A stretch of DNA of 64,000 nt from the human T2T-CHM13v2.0 reference genome, Homo sapiens. Every line of letters begins with the position of its first letter. The first letter of the stretch is position 1. Below the pieces are notes generated by a model that ran no database searches, was not told where the DNA came from, and saw only the letters and a list, made by a program, of their open reading frames with translations. Shown here piece by piece: positions 1-14,913 of the stretch. The stretch lies in the NCBI RefSeq assembly GCF_009914755.1, contig NC_060939.1; one strand, given 5' to 3'. The position numbers and the translations under genes are program-made.

Positions 1-540
1 AGTTTTGGCTGTGGTGGTCCATTCTCGTGGATGAAATACGGGTCAGCTTGCTGAAGCATTGGCACAACTGGCATATGGATAGGTCTGTGCTGAATCCTGG
101 CTGCTAGAACAAGTACGCTGTGAGCTTTTTGCAGTTACCTGTTTCTGATGAATTTGTAGCTGAAAATCTTGTCACAGAAGTTGCTTTTCAATAGAGGTGG
201 GTATTTCCTTGTTGTTGTTTTTTTAAAAAGCAAATTTCTGACTTGTTAACCCCCGAGGCTTTCTAAGAATGTTCTTCTGTTTGGCAGGTTTTCTTGCTGG
301 TTTATTCTGCCTTTTCTTGTTGTATTTTTTTCTGCCCTGCAGCTGACATTTTGAGGACAGGACGACTCCCAGGCGTCAATTTCAGAGTTCAAAAACCAGA
401 GAAGAAAATTGCATCTTCTCTCTCTCATGTGCAGTTAACTTTGACTTTGACAAAGATTCACTCACCCACTGGGATGTGAGAGAATGTTACAGAGGATTTG
501 GAAGCTGCTAATGAAATGAGTGGTCTGCCCTGAATGTGGC

Positions 541-542
<2 letters not shown>

Positions 543-578
<36 letters not shown>
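543..578. repeat. (AC)18 microsatellite
   Basis: Direct reading; followed by a short CT/TCAC-rich run. Confidence 0.97.
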
Positions 579-581
<3 letters not shown>

Positions 582-2147
582 CTCACTCACACTCATTCAC
601 TTCCCTCTTCCCACCCCCGACAATTCTATGGATCCTAGGGCTGGGATAAGTCCTCAAAGGTTATCTATAGTTTAGATACAACTCTTGCCTGCCTTAAATA
701 TGCTTAAATATGCCAAATATTTCTCAGGACCAGAAGTTTATATAAAGTACATCATGGCACAGCTGTTCTTACAGAGCCCCGAAGCCAGCAACAAGGGGAG
801 ATAAATTCCAGAGAGAATGAGTTAAACTGGGCAATTAAGTTGGGGAAGATAAAATGTTTAGCTGACATATGACTTAAGATTCTCAGTGAGGTATGGACAT
901 GGTGGTGTTCTCCTGCACTTCTCTAACCATAAAGTTCTGGAATAAATACTTTGTACAAACCTGCCTTCCCTTCTGCCCCATACTGCTTTCTGATTAAGAG
1001 AAGGGGGTCAGAGGGCTTTAATTCTATGCTAGTGAATAGCTGTATGTCCTTAGACAAGTCCAGGACTATTTTATTAGCAGCTGGCAGCTTCAGAGCTGAA
1101 CACTATGCTAACTATGTTATATGTGCTTTATATAAGGATATATATAGAGAGAAGAAGTTGGCTGAATCTTGGAGGGAAAAGTTCACAAATCCATTGGCGT
1201 AAGTGGGAGAATTTATCCCAGTAATTGATATATCAAATGGGCAGAAAAATAAATAATAGAGAATAACTAGCTTGATCTAGTGGACACACATAGAACACAG
1301 CTTTCACAACTTGGAAAGTACATATTTTTAAAACGTGGTACATTTATGAAAAGTGACAGTGTACACACCTCAATAAATGTTAAAGAGGCAGTGTTGTGTG
1401 GGCCACTTAAGTCAAAACCAATTAAGTTAGAAATTAAAGACAAAAGGCAACTAAATTGCACAGTGCTGTATGAATGCGAGATATGCTTTATTCCTTTCCT
1501 GTATTGAACATACCGATCCCAGCTGGGAAGAGCTCAGTCTTGGGGAGCTAACCCAGAACAGAGCAATCTGAGCAAAGCAAATTTATCCAGGTTACTAGTA
1601 TTAGATGCTGCTCCTATGTCCTTTTGAGGGACCTGGGGTGAAAGGTGGTTTGTGGGAACCACTATCTGCTTCCCAGTTAGGCATTTTGTAAACATAAATC
1701 CCAATCCTTCCATTTTCTTAGGAGGAGAGCCCTGAAAACCACCTGGAATTCTTTGTGTGTGGGAATTCTGGGCTATTCCAGCATTCCTGTGCCCTGATAA
1801 CATAGCCTTTTCAATGCTGGGAAATAAAACTGTCTTACTGTTCATGTTTAGTTTAGTTCATAAACTAAAATCATCAGCTTTCACAAAGCTGTGAGTAGAA
1901 GCTTTGTCAATGGCAGATTTTATACTCTGAGTTTTTCTGTTAACAATTTAACAATTCTCATTTTAGAGGGTCTTGCAGGTGTGTGCTTGTGTGTGTAGGA
2001 AGCAATTTAGGCATGGACCTGCCTCATCGGGGTGCTGAGACAGCGTGCTGTAGAGAGAAGACGCTGGGCTCAGAAGCAAGCGAGACTGTGTCCCCTGGAA
2101 CAAAAGCCAGTCGTTTCTCCTTTCTGAACCTTGGATAGGACTTCAGA

Positions 2148-2187
2148 TCCCTACCTTGAAGTAGCCTCCCTACCTTGAAGTAGCCTC
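2148..2187. repeat. 19-bp tandem duplication
   Basis: TCCCTACCTTGAAGTAGCC x2 plus TC. Confidence 0.95.
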
Positions 2188-3740
2188 AGAAGGAGTAGAT
2201 GAAACCACCATGAACTTTAAACAGCCCTGTTTTGGCATATAGTAAATGTCAGTAAATGATACCTATTGAGATTGTCATCTGCAGCTTCATTCATTCAAAT
2301 TCACAGCTTTAGAATTCAGAATCAGTTGGGCTGCCTCATACATGCATTATATGCTTGCTTTTATTCATTCCTACAGATGTTTGAGAAACAGTGGTAGGAT
2401 CTGGAAGTTCATGTTGGTATCCTTTGTCCATGGTGAGTTCCCCCAACAAATGAATAGAAGAAGAAATTTGATTGAAAGGATTTTGAAGTTGGAAACGATT
2501 TTCCTTCTTTCATTTTGCACTCAAGGGGAAAAAGGTCCATAAAGTTAGAATGATTTACCTTGAGTCATAGTTAGCTAAATAGGACAAGAGCAACATGGTG
2601 GAGCTCATCCTCATAGTCATCGTGATAGCATCTCTGCATGTGAATTCATTTCACAACCTCCTTTTGTGAACACTATTGCAGTCCAATTTTACATGGTGAC
2701 TGTAAGGCACTTGCCCAAGGTCACACGATTCCTTCCCTGAGCTGTGTAGCTGCAGATCTTACCCTTCTACTCAGAGCCCTGTGTGCATTGTCTCTCACAT
2801 GTGTTTAATCAGTTTATTAAAGTTGATTTGCTAAGGCCATCCACGTGTCCTCAGGCAAGCTGTCATTTTCAACAAAATGAGGGTGATGTGTAAAATGTTC
2901 TCAGATCTCCCTGAAATGTATACCAATCTCTTTGAGATGATTTAAAACCAGCATGGGATTAACTTGCATATACAGATTTATGCAACTTGGTTCTTCTGAA
3001 ATTTATTGAATACATCCTGCTGTTCACTTCCTAAATGGGGTCATTCACTCCTCCCCTGGGGACAACCATACCCCACCTTCTCTAATCATATTTTCTCTGG
3101 CCATTGGCAGAACAATGTGTGAGGTTAGTACAATGTCTTTTCTGTGGTAATGTTGCAATTTAGTTTGATCTTTTTCTTGGGTATCAGAAATTGGTGAAAA
3201 CATAACTGCAGTCACCCTTTTCTTGTCAATGTTGGTTTCCTCCACTTTGTTCCCTTTTATTACTCCTTCAGTAACAGGGTTCTGGATACCTTATAGAAAA
3301 TAGGACATTTGCTTAGACTTGTGGGTCATTCTGTCTGTAAGGTCCCTTTAGGTAGTGAAAGGGCAGCTGGATGCTGCCCTCACCTGTTCCCCCCAGCCCA
3401 CACGGCACCCCTGCTTCTAGCTCAGGCCTCCTTAGTCAGTGTGCCCCTCATGCGTCTTGCTGAGGAATTCTGGCAGTCTGTCAGAGCTCTTGGCAGTGTG
3501 CTGTGGGATCTATAACTCTGCCACCAGTGAGAACTGCTGCAAGGGAAGCTGGAAGAAGGGTAGATTAAAGACTTCAGTTTTGCATTAATGGTGCAGGTGG
3601 GGCAGGAAGGGTGGCTTGGAGTAGGCAATGATGTGGTTGGTCATGTAGATTATATATTTATTATTTTTTCTTATATGTTACATACTCAATTAACAAACTC
3701 AATAAGCAAAAGATTTAAGGGAAAAATAATTATTTCCTTT

Positions 3741-3946
3741 TTATTTGAGACGGAGGCTCTCTCTGTCACCCAGGCTGGAGTGAAGTGGCGCAATCTCGGC
3801 TCACTGCAAGTTCTGCCTCCCAGGTTCAAGCGATTCTCCTGCCTCAGCCTCCTGAGTAGCTGGGATTATAGGCATGTGCCACCATGCCTGGCTAAGTTTT
3901 GTATTTTTAGTAGAGATGGGTTTTCACCATGTTGGCCAGGCTGGTC
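3741..3946 (-). mobile_element. 5'-truncated AluS
   Basis: Right arm, linker and part of left arm; TSD ATTATTTCCTTT at 3729-3740 and 3947-3958. Confidence 0.95.
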
Positions 3947-6693
3947 ATTATTTCCTTTCTAATGGTAATTAAAACATTGGTACACTTCCTCTGAATGAAA
4001 CCATATGAACACATACAGCCATCATTCTTGTGCACTCTGACTCAATGATATGCGTCGCTGGAACTTCGCTTCCGCATCTCCTCACAGTCCCTTCTGAGCC
4101 CCAGTGAAGCCAGCACTGTGAGCCAATCCAGGCCCCTGGTTTGGAATGCCTGGTTAGTTACAGTCATCTCAGGGGCCCTTCCCTCAGCAGGTCAAGAGAC
4201 ATTCTCTGCTGGGCAGGACCCCTCAGAAATCTTAAAGGTGCTCTACTTTCAAACAGAAGCAAACATTTTAAATCTCATGTTTTCTCTATCAGCTTAAGAT
4301 GCTGGCCCAAAAGGATCTCCCTTAGACCCTATCCCAAGTAATCTTTATTTCCATTTGGAAGTTGGGAAATATTCTTTATTTCCATGTGAGAGGTAATGTA
4401 GGGGTTATAGATGCCAGCCCCTGTTCTCAGGGTCCTTATCCTATGTGCCTACAGACAAGCCATGAATACTTGGAAAGTGAAGTACTAGCATTCACAAAAG
4501 TGAGGTGTATGTTTTGATATTGTAGCATGTGTGCACATGTACCAATCTACAGTCTATAGTTAGAGTCTGTATGTATAGATGTATATTTACAATATACATA
4601 CATGCACCTGTAGACAGGCACGTGTTGTACCAAAGAGACATGACGTCGAGCTTCCTTTTGATGCTTGGGAAGGCCTCCAAGGGTTAAATTGTTGAGACAA
4701 GTGCCTTCAGGGATGGGTTGGATTTTGAGATTGTAGGTGAGGAGTGCATACCATAGCCAGTGGGATTGGAGACACGGTGTCGGGTGTTTGGTGTCAAAAT
4801 CCGAAGTCTTCTTTGGACTCCTCAGGGATCATTTTAGGTGGTGATGATGATGAGCGAGATTTGGCCTCTATGAAATATATGCTGGGTTCCCTTGTGGGTT
4901 TCTTGGCTGGTTGAGCTGGGACCTTTATCCTTGTATTGCTGAGGCTGGGGATAAAATTCCCAGTGCCTCTGCATCAGGAAACCGTTAGCTGTATTATGCT
5001 AAAGCAAACCCTGTCTAAGGAAAAGCCCACCTGGTTTATCACCCGCTGTTGGGTGGAGGTGTTTGAGCAAGACAGGAGGGTCCCTGGCCTCTCACGTTGG
5101 TGACAGCAATATGTCACAGGCAAAAATGATGACCTCATAGCCTTAGAAATAGTGGTAAGTCATTCCCAAAGATGGACATGCCTCAGAAATTTTACAGAAA
5201 ATGTCTTTCATGTCATTCCTGCAGCAAAACAAGTAGACCCTGTTTGACAGATTTTACTTCAACTGGGAATGCATGCACAATTATGTCTGTACACAGTATG
5301 GCTTTAACTTTCAATTCCAGGGCTGGGCTTTTAGCTGGTGGGTCTTATCCACTGCCAGCCTCTTTGTCTCAAGGGGAAAAATGCTTTTGTGATGATAAAA
5401 GTACAAGATGACCATTACTGAAAGTACTATAAAAGTGGAGGAATAAAGTAGTTACTCTGAATCCTATAGCCACTAACCATTATGATAGATTTCCTCCTAG
5501 TCTTTTTCTCTGTGTATATTTAAAAGTTTATGACTTTTCCAGATTATAAAAATACATGTGGAAAATATAAAAAATACTTTAAAAAATCACATGAATATAT
5601 GACTTACCCTGGAGATAACCACTGTTAACATTTTAGTGAGTTTTCTTAGTTTTAAAAATAGATGGATATGTGCATATACTTTTGTTCATTAAAATTAGTT
5701 TATTTTTATATAGTTTACATTCCATTAAATTTTATATTTTTCAAATATTGAGAAAGCTTATGAGGTTACTGAAGCCAAAATATAATTTAAATTGATAATT
5801 TGTTAAATGGATATGTCAAAACATATGTAATCATTTCCTGTATTTGTCATAGTGGGAAATTATCTTAATGCTATGGTAGCCTCCAAGGACACTATCCCAG
5901 AAGTCACTAACAGAAAGGCTTACAGATCAGATTAAGGTGATTGAGTCATTCGATTGATTAAGTGAATTTAAGCATACAAGGAGAAGCAAGAGGAAGGAGA
6001 CGGAGTAGGTTAACAAACTTAGGTCCATCAGGGTAGATGGACCACACTGCTTGTATCCTGGCTTGGGCATGTCCAGACTCTATGTCTGCGACACTCTGTT
6101 CCACACCAGTGGCATGGTCCTGAGGGCCAGATCTGAGAATGAGCAAGGGTACTCAAGAGACAGAAGGTGCCAGGAGCCCACATACTTCCTCTGTTAGAGA
6201 AATGCAGGGGCTATGTCTGGCAAAGGTATCACTTATTGACAGCCCTTCTTGAGTGTATCCAGAGCTTGCTTTTTTTTTTTTTTTTTTTTGGCATGTCTCA
6301 GGCAAACAAGTCGGGTCAGAATGTCACCACTGGGTGGCTGATCTTGGATATCGATGAAGACTGAGCCACCACTTGGTTTTTCTATCCCTTCCAATCTGTG
6401 TTCAGACTGCATACGCTCTTCTGTCTTCATCTATGGCTGATGTCTCTCAGCTGTGTGCTTGTTTACTTTCTGTACTTCACACACCTTAGGCGTTTCATCT
6501 GTCCCATTTGGTTTTGTTGTCTTGTTCTCTACAGCATAGCTGAACATCCTTAAAACACACATTGCACTGGTTATTTCAACTTTTTACTCATAAGTAATAC
6601 TTTAATGGAGTCTCTTCATATAAAGCTTTATTAGTATTTGGGGATGGATTATCAGAAGTGGAATTACTGAGGCTAAAGTAACATTTACAGGGC

Positions 6694-6987
6694 TTTTTTT
6701 TTTTGTGTGTGTGTGACAGCTTTGCTCTGTTGCCCAGGCTGGAGTGTGGTGGCATGATCATGACTCCCTGCAGCCTCGACTTCCTGGGCTCAGTTGACCC
6801 TCTTACGTCAGCATCCTGAGTAGCTGGGACTACAGGTGTGCACCACCATGCCCAGCTAATTAAAAAAAATTTTTTTTGTAGAGACCGGGTCTGTGTTGCC
6901 AGGGCTGGTCTCGAACTCCTGGACTCAGGCAATCTTCCCACCTTGGCCTTGTGTTGGTATTACACGTGTGAGCCACTGCGCCCAGCC
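6694..6987 (-). mobile_element. AluJ
   Basis: Dimeric Alu with J-type positions (GCAGCCTCGAC, CTCCTGGACTCAGGCAATC); tail partly converted to (TG)n. Confidence 0.93.
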
Positions 6988-7289
6988 TTTTTAGGGCTTT
7001 TATCGTCTACTGTAAAGTAACTATTGAAGAGAGAAATAGGAGAGAACTCGTATTGCAACTTTACACTCAGGTGGTCTCTCGTGCCCCATCCTGTCTCCAA
7101 TCCCTGCCCCTCCCTTGCCTCTCTTGTTTTTTTTATTTTTTTTCTCTTACTTAAAAGCTTAAAAAAAAAAAAAAAAAGGACAGTACATCCACAGAGGGTG
7201 GATAAGTAGGGAAAATAATTATGACTCCTACCTCTGTCTCTCAGGTACCAGTTTCCTTCCTCACAGGGAACCTTCCCTCATGGTTTATG

Positions 7290-7910
<621 letters not shown>

Positions 7911-7914
7911 ATGT

Positions 7915-8253
7915 ATTTGTTTGTTTGTTTATTTATTTATTTATTCATGTATTCATTCATTCATTCATTCATTCAAGATGGAGTCTCGCTCTGTTGCCCA
8001 GCCTGGAGTGCAGTGGCACAATCTCAGCTCACCACAACCTCCGCCTTAGGGGTTCAAGTGATTTTCCTGCCCCAGCCTCCAAGTAGTTGGGATTACAGGC
8101 ACGCGCCACCATGCCCGGCTAATTTTTGTATTTTTAGTAGAGACAGGGTTTCACTATGTTGGCCAGGCTGGTCTCGAACTCCGGAGCTCATGATCTGCCT
8201 GCCTTGGCCTCCCAAAGTGCTGGGATTACAGGCGTGAGCCACCATGCCCGGCC
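7915..8253 (-). mobile_element. AluS with compound (TTTG)(TTTA)(TTCA) tail microsatellite
   Basis: Alu body about 7975-8253; tail 7915-7974 has become three successive tetranucleotide repeats. Confidence 0.95.
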
Positions 8254-8654
8254 CTAGAAATACAAATTTAAAAAATGGATAGGCATTGCCTAATTTTTCT
8301 TCTTGGGGAAAAGATGTAAGAGAAGTTCTGTTCCCAGGACTTCTGTTACCTACACTGTTGTACTTTCTGATCTTCGTCTTTCTGACACATGAAAAATAGT
8401 ATCTTTTTTAATTTTGCATTTCTCTAAGTGGAGTTGAACGTTTTTTGACTTGCTTGTTGAAGAACTGTCCTATTTTCTTTTCTAACAATTATTCATACTT
8501 CTGTGCCTTTTTTCCCTATTAGGTGGTGTTGGGGTCTATTATTCATTTGTTAGAGCTCTTAATTAAGTTAGTCTATTGTTTTAGTCGTGAATAATTTTTC
8601 CTATATCATTTGTCTTTATAGTATGTATTGCCATTCAGATTTTTTATTAGATTT

Positions 8655-9292
8655 AGACCCAGTATTCCCACTTTTGAGTGTTTACCCAAAAGATTTGAAG
8701 TCAGTTTATGGAGATCTCTACTCTCATGCTCATTGCAGAGCTATTCACAATAGCAAAGTTCTAGAATCAACTTAAGTCCCATCAACAGATGAATAGATAA
8801 AGAAAATATGGTGTATATTCACAGTGGAATACTATTCAGCCTTAAAAAAGAAATTTGTCATTTGCAGCAACTTGGGTAGAATTGGAGAACATTATGTTAA
8901 CTGAAATAAACCAGGTACAGAAAAACAAGTACCATGTGTTCTCACGTGTGGAATCCTTGATCTCATAGAAGCAGAAAGTAGAATGGTGGTTACCAGGGGT
9001 TGGGCTGGTTGGGGAGATGATGGTCAAAGGGTACGAAGGCTCAATTAGAGGAATGTCTTTTTTTTCATATGCTTTGGGTATATTGCACAGTGTGGTGAAG
9101 TGAATATAGTAAATAAGAATGTATTGGATGTTTCAAAATTTCAAAGTAAATTTCAGATATTCTCACCATAAAAATAAATATTTGAGGTATTGAATATGTT
9201 AGCCTGATTTAATTATTCCACATTGTGTTCATGACATCACATATACCCCATAAATATAGTTGTAATTTGTCAATTTAGAATTTAAAATAAAA
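8655..9292 (+). mobile_element. L1MA-type 3' end (ORF2 C-terminus remnant and 3' UTR)
   Basis: CTATTCACAATAGCAAAG, CATCAACAGATGAATAGATAAAGAAAATATGG, AGTAGAATGGTGGTTACCAGGGG, terminal AATAAA. Confidence 0.88.
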
Positions 9293-9621
9293 CATTTTAA
9301 GTTTAATTCAGTCGAAGGTATCCATCTTGTCTTATGTGGCTTCTAGTTTTTGTATTATACGTGGGCCTTCCCCACTGAACCTGAAAACATGGTAGATTTT
9401 TTTCCCCCTAATACTACTATGGATTTGATGTTCATCCCCAAATCATTATCTCTGAGAGGAATGGGCTAGAAGCCTGTTTTTAGAGCCTCGGGTGAGCCTC
9501 CTGAAGCCGTCTGTTTGGGAATCATTGTCTTGTTGTTACGTGTGGGTGTCCCCCAAGTGGTGTGATCCATCATGGAAAGAAGAGTCTGAACTGCTTCAAA
9601 TATCGCACACTGGGAATAATT

Positions 9622-9995
9622 ATTTTTTTTACTTTTTTCTTTTTCTCTTTTCTTTTTTTTTTTTGTGAGACAGGTACTCACTTTGTCACCCAGGCTGGGG
9701 TGCAAAGGGGCAAACAAGGTTCACTATAGCCTTGACTTCCCAGGCTCAGGCAATCCTCCCGTCTTGGCCCCCTGAGTGGCTGGGACCACAAACACTTGCC
9801 ACCATGCCTAATGTCGTGGGTTGTTTGTTTGTTTTAGGGTTTCTTGGTTTTTTTGTTTGTTCTGTTTGTTTTTTTAGTAGAGACAATGTCTTGCTATGTT
9901 GCCCAGGCTAGTCTCGAACTCCTGGCTTCAAGCAATCTGCCCACCTTAGCCTCCCAAAGTGCTGGGATTACAGGTGTGAGCCACTGCATCCAGCA
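9622..9995 (-). mobile_element. AluJ
   Basis: Dimer with expanded T/G-rich linker; TSD ACTGGGAATAATT at 9609-9621 and 9998-10010. Confidence 0.93.
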
Positions 9996-10497
9996 TTACT
10001 GGGAATAATTTGAATTTACTGAAAGTTCATGAACTTTCATCAGGCCAGTGGATTGTTATGTGGTTCCCAGACCCAGCCAGCAGTGAACTGCTCTCCAGAG
10101 CCCTTTACGACATGCTGCCCACTGTCCCTGTTGGCAGCCACAGTCCTGTCCTGGAAATGGGACCCAGAACAGTCCCTGCAATACCCTTGCAAGAGAGACC
10201 AGACCTTAACCTTTTTTTAGAAAAGCATTGCTCTTGCTTCACGTGACAAATGGTGATTTAGCAACAAAACCATGCCTCTCTGTTTGTTTGGTTTTTGTGA
10301 ATTTGCTTCCATGGTCTGTTGAAAGGGCCTCAGCTATAGTGTTTTAGCCACAATCATTTACCTGCTGTGTGACCTTGGGTAAGAATTCCACTTCCCCAGT
10401 CAGTTCTTCCTCAGAACAGTGGGAAACGAGATGCCCCACAATTATGAAGATTAAGTACTGAGTCTGATAATTTTCATGTAACTGTGTATCTAGATCA

Positions 10498-10952
<455 letters not shown>

Positions 10953-11599
10953 CCTTAAGTTAGATTCAGGGAAAGCTGGTCAGGGGGATGTTTTCCATGA
11001 TGGCTCCCCCATCCCCTAACCCCTCCCTCAACAGTGATCTGTCTGTTTGTAGCTTATGTTTAGTTGTAAGAGCCCTAATTCAGGTTTTTAGACTCCAAGG
11101 ATCATTATAAATATATATAATAATAGATAAGCACATCTATATAGAAGGAGAGGGAAGCAGACAGACACTAAGAGGATTAGCTGCTTTTTGTTCTGAGAGT
11201 AATTGTATTTTTCTTTCTCATCTCATGGGTTACTTAAAGAAGTGAAATTTACCCCCCATAAAAAATGCCAGGAGGGTTTGAATTATGATGGCAGGTATTT
11301 AGATGTCTTTCTTGGTGTTAGCAGATGCTAGGACCAGGGCTGTAGGCTTCCCTGGTGCTTTGGCTAAGGAGAGAAGTTGGTCTTTCTGTCCAGCAACCTG
11401 TGGGCAGCTGTGTAGAAGGGCCCCATGCAGCAAGCCCTGTGGATTACTCTGAGTCTGTGGTGTAACATGCATCCCATCTGGTAGCTTTTAGGCTCAGGTG
11501 ATTGGCTGCTGTTTGCTTATGGTGTGAGCCACAGATGGTTGCCCATTGTCTTAATTAACAAGAAGCAGTCACTTGGCTCTGGGATGGGGTTACTCCGGT

Positions 11600-11708
11600 G
11601 CTTCCAAATGTTAGTGTGAATATCAGTCACCAGGGGTTACAATGTGGATTCTGATTCAGCAGATCCAGTAGGAGCCTGAGGATCTGCATTTCCAACAGAC
11701 TCCCAGGT
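11600..11708. mobile_element. MER5A fragment
   Basis: GATTCTGATTCAGCAGATC...GAGCCTGAGGATCTGCATTTCCAACAGACTCCCAGGT. Confidence 0.7.
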
Positions 11709-11710
11709 CT

Positions 11711-12465
11711 AGTGTGTAGGGATTTCTCCCCACAGTGTGTAGGGATTTCTCCCCACATACTCACCAAGCAATTCTCCAGGGGATTGATTCTCCTGCAGAC
11801 ACCAGCTGGGTATCCTCTAATTCAATTCTATTTTGACACTACCTAAAGATAGTGTCAGGTCCTACAGGTTGATGGCTGAGTCCCACAAGACTACTCTCCA
11901 CTTGAGATGCCAGTGGCCAGCACAGATTGTGGCCTGAGCTGCTGACTGACAGGCTATATGCTGGGGGTTCCCATGACACCCTTTTCGGACTCAATTTAAT
12001 TTGCTAGAACAGCTCACAGAACTCAGGGAAACATCATGGAAAATATGCATAGGGTGAAGTATGGGAGAAGGAGCTTGGAGCGTCCATGCCCACTCCGGGT
12101 GGATGCACCACCCTCCAAGAACCTGCATGTGTTCAACTATCTGGAAGCTCCCAGAACCCAGTCCATGTGAGTTTTTATGGAAGCATCGTTGTGTAGGAGT
12201 GATTGGTTAAATCATTTGCCATTGATGATCAAGTCAGACTTCAGCCCCGCTCCCCTCCTCTGAGGTTGGGAGTGGGCCTGAAATCAGTCCCAACCTTCTC
12301 ATCAGGTTTTGTGACCAGCCCTTATCCTGAAGCTGGCTAGGGGCCCCTAGTCATCAGTCATCTTACTAGCACACAAAGGCACTCTTACCACTCTGGAGAT
12401 CCCCAGCACTTCAGGAGCTATCTGTCAGGAAACTAGGAACAAGACCAAATATATATTTCACAGTA
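11711..12465 (-). mobile_element. MER21-family LTR
   Basis: GACACCAGCTGGGTATCCTCTAATTCAATTC, TTAATTTGCTAGAACAGCTCACAGAACTCAGGGAAACA and terminal AAGACCAAATATATATTTCACA match the reverse of the MER21 consensus as I recall it. Confidence 0.82.
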
Positions 12466-12839
12466 CTGTGAGGCAGTTGCCTCTGTTCTTTCTGCTTCTC
12501 TACACAGAATTAGGAGATGGTGGGTTCTGATCCTGGCTCTGCCCCTAAGTGGCATGCGACTTCCGGGAAGTCCTGCAGCTCTGGGCCTTTGCTCTGCCTA
12601 AGCTCTGTGAGGGCACAGGGTTTGTCTGCCTTATTTGCTGCTAGGTATGGTATCATTTTGGAAACTTGAGTAGATTTTAGTGAACTTCCCTGTGTGAGTA
12701 GAAAGTAGGGTAGATGTGATTTTACTGTTTGGGAGCCACATTCCTTTGTGTTAGCTGTGTGTTAAGAACACTTGCTGTTATTCTTCCTACTGTTCTACAG
12801 GAAATTAGACGTGGCTGCCCATGGGAGTCATCTGGCACT

Positions 12840-12956
12840 CAAGTGCCACTGGGGCACTTCCAAAACTCAGAAACCTCCCCAGCACTCCCAGATTCTGATG
12901 TAATTGATTTGGGGTACAGCCTATGCGTCAGGATTTTTAAAACCTCCCTAGGTGAT
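12840..12956. mobile_element. MER5A fragment
   Basis: CCCAGATTCTGATGTAATTGATTTGGGGTACAGCCT...GGATTTTTAAAACCTCCCTAGGTGAT. Confidence 0.65.
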
Positions 12957-12959
12957 CTA

Positions 12960-13090
12960 TGGCAGTGGTGTGGTCCTGGCTACTTGGGAGGCAGAGGCAG
13001 GAGGATTGCTTGAGCCCAGGAATTTGAGACCAGCCAGGACAGCATAGTGAGACCCTGTCTGTGTGTACACACACACACACACACACACAC
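12960..13090 (+). mobile_element. FLAM/monomeric Alu with (CA)n tail
   Basis: GGAGGATTGCTTGAGCCCAGGAATTTGAGACCAGCC...GTGAGACCCTGTCT, then (TG)/(CA)n to 13090. Confidence 0.85.
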
Positions 13091-13155
13091 CCCTCTCTCT
13101 CCAGGTAATTCTGGTATTTAGCCAAGATTGAGTAGTATTGGGTTAGATAACTTGA

Positions 13156-13451
<296 letters not shown>

Positions 13452-13769
13452 AGTATGTTTTAAAGTTATTTTAAATTTTCATACAATAACTCTTATGTGT
13501 GTGTATGAACCGTTCTCACTTTTGACAAATGCGCAAAGTCTTGTGACTGCTACCGCTCTCAACATTTCTAGCATCCAGTTTTCACAAATGTACTTTTGGA
13601 GTTTTGCTCCTTGGAATAAACATTCGGCCTTCCTTTGACATTTATTATTATTGTTACTATTATTGCTGTTACTTCTGAAATCCAGTATCTTAAATATTGT
13701 TTAAATTTCAAAACTGTTTCCTAGCCCTTCTTTGCCATGTAGTTTGGAGACCCTCATAATCACTGGTTT

Positions 13770-13895
13770 AGTGGTTTACAGTGTTTGCTGCACAGTAGAA
13801 TCACCGGGGGATCTTTTACAGCTACAACAAATGCTCAGGCCTGGGCTTTTTTAAAGCTGCTCAGGTGTTGCTAATGGGCAGCCAGGCCTGAGAAG
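13770..13895. mobile_element. MER5A-like fragment
   Basis: GCTGCACAGTAGAATCACCGGGGGATCTTTT...TTTTAAAGCTGCTCAGGTGTTGCTAATGGGCAGCCAGG. Confidence 0.6.
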
Positions 13896-14379
13896 GATTC
13901 TCTAGGATTCTCCCAAGGCACTCACTTCCAGGTTAGAGGTCACAGGTCACAGGTCTTGTCAATTCCCTCTTCCCTTCTCTCATCCGTAGGGGCTTCTGAT
14001 ATCTTGTTTTTTCTTCTGTGGCACCAATTTGGGTGCATTTTTGAAAAGAAGGAATCCAAGAACAGGACTAATTAGTACATATTGATTATTGGAGATGGTT
14101 AAATGCTGTTAATAAATTTTTGTATTTTTGCCTACCTGCAGTGGAATCCTGCCGATCTTGACAGCACGTGTGTTTTGTCTGTCCTCCCTAGGGTGTCTGA
14201 ACAGCGCTGTAATAGTGTAGATGGTAGATGTGCCATCTGTGCGATGTGATATCATCTGTGGGCATGAAGGAAGAGATGGATGCCCTCTCCTTGGGCCTTG
14301 TAAAGTCAGCAGGATGCTTTCCTGACCGAGCTATTCGCAAGAATAGGTGCTCTAATGGTAATTTTTAAAGAACTGTTTT

Positions 14380-14913
<534 letters not shown>

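Noticed and set aside
6270-6289. Isolated poly(T) runs (also 17956-17975, about 54197-54218) as tails of processed pseudogenes
   Set aside because: No adjacent recognisable mRNA body and no TSD.
6333-6370. GGTGGCT...CTGA-GCCACC stem with GATGA, resembling a C/D snoRNA; TCGATGAAGA resembles 5.8S rRNA
   Set aside because: Only 38 nt, no correctly placed box C, and the rRNA match is just 10 nt.
14215-14242. 12-bp hairpin GTGTAGATGGTA-gatg-TGCCATCTGTGC
   Set aside because: Needs four G-U pairs and is far too short for a pre-miRNA.
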